From the human T2T-CHM13v2.0 reference genome, Homo sapiens: DNA of 64,000 nt. The notes under the pieces were generated by a model. The model did no database searches and was not told where the DNA came from. It worked only from the letters and a program-made list of their open reading frames with translations. The DNA is taken from the NCBI RefSeq assembly GCF_009914755.1, contig NC_060929.1. One strand, written 5' to 3'. The translations under genes were made by a program, and so were the position numbers. Below are positions 33,744-42,882 of this stretch, in pieces. Within the stretch, counting starts at the first letter, position 1. The number at the start of each line of letters is the position of its first letter.

Positions 33744-34605
33744 AGACTATAAAACTTTAAAATACTACACAGTCCCATTTCTCCTTCCTACTAGGTTGAA
33801 AACTAGAGTTGAAAGTTACCATGATCTACGTTAAGTGTGTTCTGGGCCTGATAAGAAAAGAAAGAAACAACACACTTAAGGAACTGCAGTACTAAGGTAG
33901 CGTTTATTGACAGGAGAAGACATGTACAACTGTGATTGCATTTTGAGAGTACTGGATCAAAGTGATGGAATGTAAGATCAGAAAAACAAGAATTCATTGA
34001 CATGGGGTTCACTCTCCGACTTTGGTCTTAACATCTTGGCAAAGAACCTAAAAAATGAGGAAAACTCTCTGTAAGTGTTATTCTTAGAAACCTGGAGAAA
34101 GTGATGGCTAATACTAAGCAAAATGGAAATTCTTGAGTCGCTCTGGAAGAAAACAGTGAAAGGAATAAAGAGGCTGAAGCACTTGGGAACGTGGAATGGA
34201 TTTATTATGTGAGGCCTGAAGACCTACCATATGGTTATGCTCCACAGGAAGAACTAGAGATCAAGGCCATCAGGATGTGCCAATAAGACGGAGACAGGAT
34301 CACTAATAAGCTTGGGGGTGCCTCTCCTCTGTAGGTCAGGGTTGATGGTAGACAAGGTTTTCTCAGATTTGAGCTTTGTAATACCTATGAGATAATGACG
34401 CCCCAAAATATTAGAGGCCAGGTATAAAAGTTGAGCACCAGAAAGCAGGGAAGGCAATTACTCTGATGTCCAGCAAGGTCACATAGGCAGCCAAGGGAGC
34501 TTGACTTACAGGGAGCTGGGATGATTAAAAGAGCAGGAAGCCTCTAAAGGCAAAATAGATGGGCAGACCACAAGGAGGCTGCTTGACATCTACAACTCCC
34601 CTTCC

Positions 34606-34682
34606 AAAAACAAAGCAAAACAAAACAAAACAAAAATAAAAAACAAAACAAAACAAAACAAAAAAACAGAAGAAAACAAAAA
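34606..34682. repeat. (AAAAC)n
   Basis: Seen directly. Confidence 0.85.
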
Positions 34683-34730
34683 TCAAGACACAGAGGTTTG
34701 GCACACTCACCCTCAATAAAAAGCCATTAC

Positions 34731-35140
34731 TCAACTTAAGCGTCCAGTGATTGATGACTGGGAAAAGAATGTGGTATATATACACCATGGAATATTATGC
34801 AGCTATAAAAAAGAATGAAATCATGTCTTTTCAGTAATATACATAGAGCTGGATGCCATTATCCTAAGTGAAATAACTTAAAAACAGAAAATCAAATATC
34901 ATATGTTCTCACTTACAAGTGGGAGCTAAACAATGGGTATACATAGACACAAATATGGAAATAATAGACACTGGGAACTCCAAAAGTGGGGAGGGTAGGA
35001 AAGAGATGAGAGTTGAAAAATTATTTATTTGGTACAATGGTCACTATTTGGGTGACATGAGAAGCCCAAACCTCCCATTATGCAATGTATCCATGAAATA
35101 GATATGAACATACACATTCTGAATCTGTAATTTTTCAAAA
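34731..35140 (+). mobile_element. L1 3' fragment (L1PB4/L1MA-like) inside the ERVL
   Basis: aatgtggtatatatacaccatggaata..atgttctcacttacaagtgggagctaaacaatggg. Confidence 0.85.
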
Positions 35141-36650
35141 GAAGTCGTGATTACTTGCTGAGTTCTCAGACCTGTGCTAAGTTTTAGATTTGGAAGCCAA
35201 TGACTGAAGAGGTGGTCAGGTTCATAGGAAGAAGCACCATGCAACACTACAGAACATCAGAAGTTGTGATGATTTCCCTATTCATAACACTGTACACTAA
35301 AGAATGGGAAATACTCATATATTTGAAGACAGTTGGACAGAGCCTGAGTGTAACTTGACATTGACAACTAAAGTCTTAATGTGTCATCATTGACCCTATG
35401 TAAGATTGGAGGCTTAAGTATAATAGGAAATAAATGGAGCACTGACTAAAATCTAACCCACAATGGCCCACTGTGTCCATGGATCCACCCAGTAGTTGTT
35501 TTCCAGGTACCCAAATACAAATTGGACTTGACTATGCAGTTGGAGTAATACTCACATTGAGTCTTTGGCTTGCAGAATGAGAGATATGACTGTGAAGAAG
35601 GACCACTTGCCACCTCTTGAAATGCCATCCTCCCTCCAGCTAAGATTGAGTCAAAACAAATATCACATCCCCAGAAGGATGTTGCAGGTTATTACTACCA
35701 CTAAAGATCTAAAGGTTATAGGGGAGGTCATTTTTATTATATCTGCATTAATTTACTAGTCTTCCCCTACAAACAACTGTATAGATCTAGAGAATGATTA
35801 TAGACTACTGTAGACTTAACCATGTGGCTGCTATAGTTGTGGATGCTTTGCTGACAGTCACCATTACTAGAATAATTTAATAAGGTTTCAGGTACATGGC
35901 ATATACAATGGCATATAGTTATTGACATGGAGAATGGATTATTTTACCTTCTGATAATAAGACAGGATTTTTATAAGTTCATGTTCATATGAGAAAGTAA
36001 AGAATGTTTATTTGAAGTTTGGTTTCAGAGGTACATTAATTCTTTTTACCCTCTTTTATAACTTCTGTTATAGTCTAAACTGAATAGCCTGGGGATTCCA
36101 TCAAATATCCAATGAATTCCTCACATCAATGACATTAAGGTGATCAGACAGCATAAGCAAAAGGAAGTTAGTTCACTGGCAGCCTTAGTAAGATATAAGT
36201 GTTACATATTATAGGACATAAACCATCAAAGATTCAGGAACATGCTACTTTAGTGATGTTTTCAGAGTCCAGTGTTCAGGATGTGTCAAAAAAACCCCAC
36301 AAGAGAAAAGGAAAATTGACTCATCTTTCATCCTTTATTACGAAGAGGGAAGCACCTTACATGGTAACCCTCTTAGGGGTTTGAAGGCAACATATTCTGC
36401 ACCTCAGAATGCTATCTCGCCCATATAACAGATGGCACTGATTGCGGCCAGCTTTGGGTGAGGCCCAGAGGAGGAAAGTGTTCCTGTTACTGAAGCTGAT
36501 CAGGCTATGATGCTTACCATCAGCTATCACATAGTAGAGGGCTGTAGCTTACTCCACTTACCATCTGTATTTTCCCCTCAGCAAGTGAGGCCTGAAAGAA
36601 CCAAGGAGGATGTGCTCCCCAAAGCTAAATTCGGAAGTGATTTTATGGTA

Positions 36651-37013
36651 CGTATTAGCTCATTTTCATAATGCTATGAAGAAATACACAAGACTGAGTA
36701 ATTTATAAAGAAAAAGAGGTTTAATGGACTCACAGTTCCACATGGCTGGGGAGGCCTCACAGTCATGGCAGAAAGCAAAAGAGGAGCGAAGGCACGTCTC
36801 ACGTGGTGGCAGGAAAGCAAGCATTTGCAGGGGATCTGTCCTTTATAAAACCATCAGATCTCATGAGACTTATTCATTGTCATGAGAACAGCATGGGAAA
36901 ACCCGCCCCCAAGATTCAATTACCTCCCACCTGGTTCCTCCCACAAAATAAGGGATTTATGGGAATTATAATTTAAGATGAGATTTGGGTGGGGACACAG
37001 CCAAACCATATGA
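36651..37013 (-). mobile_element. THE1 (C/D-like) solo LTR
   Basis: Antisense THE1 LTR ending gggtggggacacagccaaaccata; 5-bp TSD tggta (36646-36650) / tggca (37014-37018). Confidence 0.9.
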
Positions 37014-37030
37014 TGGCACAAGGGGTGGAC

Positions 37031-37300
37031 TGTGGCAGACACTTAAGATTCTACTCAGCTCTCCTGCTGTGGGAAATATAAGTGATGGACTTCTGTACTC
37101 TTCATTTTTCACCACATTCATGCTGAGACTATGACTTTCACTGGCTGCTCCCAGCCAATGGCTGAGCATAGGGTGATAGTAAGGAAGGCCCATTTCTGCA
37201 GAACTCCTCTAACAGGAGTGGCTGCTCAAGGACTCCCATCAACTTTATCAAAACTTTCTTAAAGCTGTGCTACAAACTGAGACTCTTCCTACTACTTCCT
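37031..37300 (+). mobile_element. LTR16-type 3' LTR, truncated
   Basis: TGTGGCAG start directly after the polypurine tract; ggctgctcccagccaatg motif; homologous to the 5' LTR. Confidence 0.7.
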
Positions 37301-38064
37301 ACACAGAAGCCAAGAATTGAGGTTTGGGAACCTCCACCTAGATTTCAGAAAATGTGAGGAAATGCCTGGATGCTCAGACAAAAGTTTGCTGCAGGGGCAG
37401 GGCCCTCATGGAGAACCTCTGCTCGGGCAATGTGGAAGGGAAATGTAGGGTCGGAGCCCCCATACAGAGTCCCTACTGGGGCACCACCTAGGGGAGGTGT
37501 GAGAAGAGGGCCACCACCATCCTTCAGCCCCCAGAATGGTAGATCCATCAACAGCTTGCACAGTGCACCTGGAAAAACCACAGATATTCAATGGCCAGAC
37601 TCTGAAAGCAGCTGGGAGGAAGGCTGCACCTTGCAAAGCCACAGGGGTGGAGCTGCCTAAGACCATGGGAACTCACCTTTTGCATCAGTGTGACTTGGAT
37701 GTGAGACCTGGAGTCAAAGGAGATCATTTTGGAGCTTTAAAATTTGCCTGCCCAGCTAGATTTTGGACTTGCATGGGCCCTGTAACCCCTTTGTTACAGT
37801 GCACCTGTATTTTGGCCAATTTCTCCCATTTAAAATGGCGTATTTACCCAATATCTGTACCCCCATTGTATCTAGGAAGTAACTAGCTTGCTTTTGATTT
37901 TACAGGCTCATAGGTGGAATGGACTTGCCTTTTCTCAGATGAGACTTTGGACTGTGGACTTTTGGTTTAATGCTGAAATGAATTAAGACTTTGGGGGACT
38001 GTTGGAAAGGCATGATTGGTTTTGAAATGTAAGGACATGAGATTTGGACGGGCCAGGGGCAGAA
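37301..38064 (+). mobile_element. THE1 internal region, 3' half only
   Basis: caagaattgaggtttgggaacctccacctagatttcag..gagatttgga..ggccaggggcagaa. Confidence 0.92.
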
Positions 38065-38430
38065 TGATAACGGTTTGGCTCTGTGTCCCCACCCAAATCT
38101 CATTTTGAATTGTAATTCCCACAATCCCCACACGTTGTGGGAGGGACCAGGTGGGAAGTAATTGATTCATGGGGGCAGGTCTTTCTTGTGCTGTTCTCAT
38201 GATAGTGAATAAGTCTTATGAGATCTGATGGTTTTATAAAGAGGAGTTCCCCTGCACAAGTTCTTTCTCTTTGCCTCCCACCATCCATGTAAGACGTGAC
38301 TTGCTCCTCCTTGCCTTCTGCCATGATTTTGAGGCCTCCCCAGCCATGTGGAACTGTAAGTCCATTAAACCACTTTTTCTTCCCAGTCTCAGGTATGTCT
38401 TTATCAGCAGTGTGAAAACAGACTACTACA
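38065..38430 (+). mobile_element. THE1B-like 3' LTR
   Basis: TGATA..ggtttggctctgtgtccccacccaaatctca through cagcagtgtgaaaacagactactaCA. Confidence 0.92.
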
Positions 38431-38746
38431 ACAGACCTCCAATAGTACAGATATAGTCCATTATTCCTGTAAAACCATTTCTGGTTAACTCCATACTGAC
38501 ACACAGCAGAAAACAACTAAAAAATTTACATGCACACACACACACACGTATATGAACACACATATGTATATGTACACATATATGTATATGTGGGTAGTCA
38601 CTATAGCTATAAACTAACATTGAATAATTTTGAGTTCAAAGTTTTAAGCATTGTCAAGAAAAATTCAGGTGAACATCCAAACTGTCTTAAATGTTTATTC
38701 CCTAAAATTTTCTCTAAAATAGCAATTTTTTCTTGTTTAACATTAT

Positions 38747-39005
38747 AGGCCAAGGTGGGCGGATCATGAGGTCAGGAGATCAAGACCATCTTGGCTAACA
38801 TGGTGAAACCCCGTCTCTACTAAAAATGCAAAAAATTAGCTGGGCACGGTGGCGGTCACCTGTAGTCCCAGCTACTCGGGAGGCTGAGGCAGGAGAATGG
38901 TGTGAACCCGGGAGGCGGAGCTTGCAGTGTGCCTAGATGGCTCCACTGCAGTCCAGCCTGGGCGAAAGAGCGAGACTCAGTCTCAAAAAAAAAAAAAAAA
39001 AAAAA
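38747..39005 (+). mobile_element. AluY, 5'-truncated
   Basis: gaatggtgtgaacccgggaggcggagcttgcag AluY diagnostics; first ~43 nt missing; A tail. Confidence 0.92.
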
Positions 39006-39007
39006 TT

Positions 39008-39921
39008 ATACAAACTAAGTACAACATTAAAGCATACACAAGAAAGAAATATAAATGGATATACATGTGGACATGCCCATCTTCACAAAAACAACTTTTT
39101 GTATATATGGACATATGGACATATGTATAGAAACATATATACACATACATATATATATAGAAATATACATAAATACACACTTATACATATATACAAACTA
39201 AGTACAACACTAGAGGCAGATACAAGAAAGAAATATACATGGGTATACATGTGGACATGCCATCTGCACAAAAACAACTTTCTGTAAATACGGACATATG
39301 GACATATATATAGAAACATACATATATACACACACATATATAATATATGTGTATATATACATATAAACCAATACATATATGGAAACATACATATATACCC
39401 ATATATTATATATGTATAAATATATACATACATTATGTATGCATAAATATATACACATATATGTATAAATATATTTACACATATGTATGTATATATGTAT
39501 GTTTCCACATATATATGTATGTATATATGTATGTTCTTATATATGTCCATATGTCCATCAACAATTTATGTTACTGTCACCAAAGAAATAGATTAAAAGA
39601 AAGTGTACCAGAATATACTAACTCTGGACAATGGACAAATATATAGAAACATATATATGAACATATGGAGATATATATAGAAACATATATGTATATTGGA
39701 CATATGGATATACATATAGAAACATACATATATATTATATGTATGTTTGTGTATATATGTATTTTATATATACACATATAATATATATGTTTATATATGT
39801 ATTTCCATATGTCCAATATATATGTGTCTATATATATGTCCATTGTCCAGAGTGAATATATTCTGGTACACCCTCTTTTAATCTCTCAATTTCTTTGGTG
39901 ACAGTAACATAAATTATTGAT
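39008..39921. repeat. Complex TA/CA-rich region with a 183-bp tandem duplication and inverted duplications
   Basis: Units start at 39008 and 39191; inverted arms 39557-39690 and 39785-39921. Confidence 0.9.
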
Positions 39922-40355
39922 AGCCAACAGTATAATATATATTTAATTTAATATTTGTTTATGTAAACAACAATATAAGTTTTTTATGTAATAATGTTAT
40001 AAAATAATAATACAATACCTCTGGGATGGGGATTATAACAGGAAAAGTATTAATAATAATGCTGTTGAATAATACTCTTGACTATACTGTTGAATAATCT
40101 ATATTATTATATTTTAAATATAATGTATTTATCTTTTATTTTATTTTATTTTTTTAATTGAAAATCTTTTATAAAACATTTCATGAAATGCTAAATCGCT
40201 ATTTGTTAAAGCATAATAAGTTGTTTCAGAATATTGTAATTTCATGTTTAGTTCACCTTCCCCTCTCCACAAATTATGGATAATTTTAAACATAAGTAAA
40301 AGTAGACAGAGTAGTATAATGAGCCCCAAAGTACTTATCACCTGTTTCTTTTTTT

Positions 40356-40403
40356 AATATATTTTACTGACTTTCTTTTTGTTTAATGAGTTGAATAAAA
40401 CCT
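40356..40403 (+). repeat. 48-bp direct repeat, copy 1
   Basis: 46/48 identical to 42835-42882 by manual alignment. Confidence 0.9.
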
Positions 40404-41489
40404 ATATTGTTATAGGTTATTCAACATATATTCGATATATAATAATTATATATACTAGATATATTTTAATCATTATTAATAATATTAATAATGGTTAATG
40501 TTATTAGTTATTATGAATTATATAATATATAATAATACTGTTGAATATACAGTTGAATGACCTATAATAATATATAATAATATAGGTCACTCAATATATA
40601 TTCAATATATTATTAATAATAATATAATAACCTGTAATATGTAATTATCGGTTATTCAACTACAGGCAACCACATACCATAAGTCAAAAATATTAAGGGT
40701 CACTTCCTATAAATCATACACAATATATAAATGGCCAATTGGTTAGTATTGTATCTGAGAACTAGAAGAAACTTTCAAGGTCATTTAATTCAGCTCCATA
40801 TTTTCTTCAAAGTAGAGGTGATCTTTTAAAGTATTTCACAAATATGAAGTACTATTGACTCCACAGGCCTGTACTATCACAAGCTGTAATAATATTTATA
40901 TAAAGATCACATAATTATTTTTTCATAAATTTGAAAGCAGACCCAAAATTGGAAATGCTAAATCAAAACCAAATCAATCAAAACAACAAGAACAAAGCAA
41001 CATCTCTGATCTGGAACACAGTTAACAAACCACCAAACAAATATTCAAAGTTATTTTCCTAGAAAAAAAAATAAGACATTTAAATTTATTAAACCGACAC
41101 TTTTTGTGTGCATAATTTAGTGGGTTTTTTTTACAAAAAACATGCAGCATCATACAAAATATTAGCAAAATACTGAAACATATAAATTAAAACAGTTATC
41201 TTTTTAATATAAAGATAAAATCAGTACATCTTCAGTATTTGTATATTTATAATATACGTTTTGTTGTTCTTTAGTTTTAAAAATTGACAGATATAGTATC
41301 ATATTTAGTAGCTTAGGAAATAAAGTTTGTAGTTGTGATTTGTTCATGTTATATATCTCACCCATATTAACCAATAATTTTACCTTATTTAAAATCAAGT
41401 TTATGATATATTTTGAAATATTTAAAACCTTTATGATATAAGACAGTGGGATACTAAAGTAACTCAAACTTTTTTCTATTCACCTTTGA

Positions 41490-41670
41490 CAAGAAAATCC
41501 AAATTTTAATCTTAGCTCTCTCATAGTGATGTAGGGTTAATCTATTTAACATTTTTGCCCCTCAGTTTCTATATCTTTAGAAAATTGATAATATTAGGAA
41601 AGACATTAAAATGTTGTAATAAAGATTCAACAAGTGCATAAAATTGCTAATGAATAATACACTTAAGCTA
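41490..41670 (+). mobile_element. MIR fragment
   Basis: tttaatcttagctct..tatttaacatttttgcccctcagtttct..aaaattgataata. Confidence 0.5.
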
Positions 41671-42834
41671 TCTAATATCAGACAAAAAAACTCGGCTCTG
41701 GGAATAAGAAATGCCTGGACATGTATCTGGAGGAATCTTTTGCAACAACTTATCCAACATTATTATAATTCATCAGGAACTATGAGTGCCCTTGAATTTT
41801 AATTCTTTTCTGTAGCTACTTGGAATCGGGGAGAAAAAAATGAAGCCTCGTGGCTCTACTCAGGAAGTAACAATAAATAATTCAGCTCAGGACAGAGATG
41901 TCAGGGCATATTTGGGGTATAAAAATGCAACAGGTAAGAGCTCAATTAGCAAGATTCTAGTGAGAGAGGATTAACAAGTTTTCCATCCGCAGTCATAGAT
42001 TTGTTCACCTCCATTACCTCCCCCTACCTTACCATCAAAATACAATTAATTTAACATAACTGTTTTCTCAGGTTGGAGTTTGTCCCGTAATTTGCTTTTA
42101 GTATGATATATATATTTTTTACAAATACGATTATGGTGAACAATCAGATATACAGTACTGTGTTTCTCAGAATCACAGGGGGTAAAAGGTGGCCTTATAA
42201 TAATTTCAGTATATATAAACCAGAATGTTAAGCGTTGGTCCAAAATGTGGAAAGAATAAAAAAAGCTGAGGAATGTATTATTTTTCTCATGTTTCAAGGG
42301 GCAGAAACTCTAGAATGGAAAGCAATTGAGACAATGCTGGCACAGTCATCTCAGGACTCTGAGTCAATTCTCAGCTATCACAACTCTGGTGTCTCAGGAA
42401 AAATTTTGATAGAAATATCTAAACTTACCATGACAGCAACCTTATAGTGCCAGAGAGGAAACCCTGTACTCAAGAGAAGGGTGAGAAAAAGTAGGAAATG
42501 TCTGTAAATGGGAAGAACTTGAGTTTTTAAAAAAATTATCTGAATGTTGGAAATAAGCAGAAGAAATTCCTGTGTGTTCTTTCATTGTGGTTCTGAGTTT
42601 GAACCTTTCATTTATTTTATATTGACTGGACTATTCCACAACTCTGTAGGAGTGAGTTTAACTTGCAGATTTTTTTCTGGAAAAGATGCAAGTAATTAAT
42701 TTTGATGGGAAAGATAACCCCAAGGGTAGGACATTAAACAGGTTTGTATCTAACCCAACAATTTTATGCTAGATTGATCATAAATACCCAGTTCCTCAAA
42801 TATTCTTTGAACTTATGTGTGTGTGTGTGTTTTA

Positions 42835-42882
42835 AATATATTTTACTGGTTTTCTTTTTGTTTAATGAGTTGAATAAAACCT
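42835..42882 (+). repeat. 48-bp direct repeat, copy 2
   Basis: 46/48 identical to 40356-40403 by manual alignment. Confidence 0.9.

Larger units (their letters stand above)
32761..37030 (+). mobile_element. HERV16-like ERVL internal region (decayed gag/pro/RT, internally deleted, with nested insertions)
   Basis: Follows the LTR directly; RT-like peptide KYHIPRR..ITTTKDLKVIGEVI (35650-35740); cacatcaatgacatt resembles HYIDDI near 36122; polypurine tract aaggggtggac at 37020-37030. Confidence 0.7.

Noticed and set aside
36651-38430. Single intact THE1 provirus with two LTRs
   Set aside because: LTRs are in opposite orientation, the left one has its own 5-bp TSD, and LTR16 sequence lies between them.
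37345-38516. Several overlapping 60-138 aa ORFs
   Set aside because: Translations of THE1 internal/LTR sequence.
38927-39843. Tyr/Ile/Cys-rich ORFs and a CRISPR-like or repeat-spacer array
   Set aside because: Translations of TA/CA microsatellite; repeats are irregular in length and orientation, with no unique spacers or cas genes, in primate DNA.
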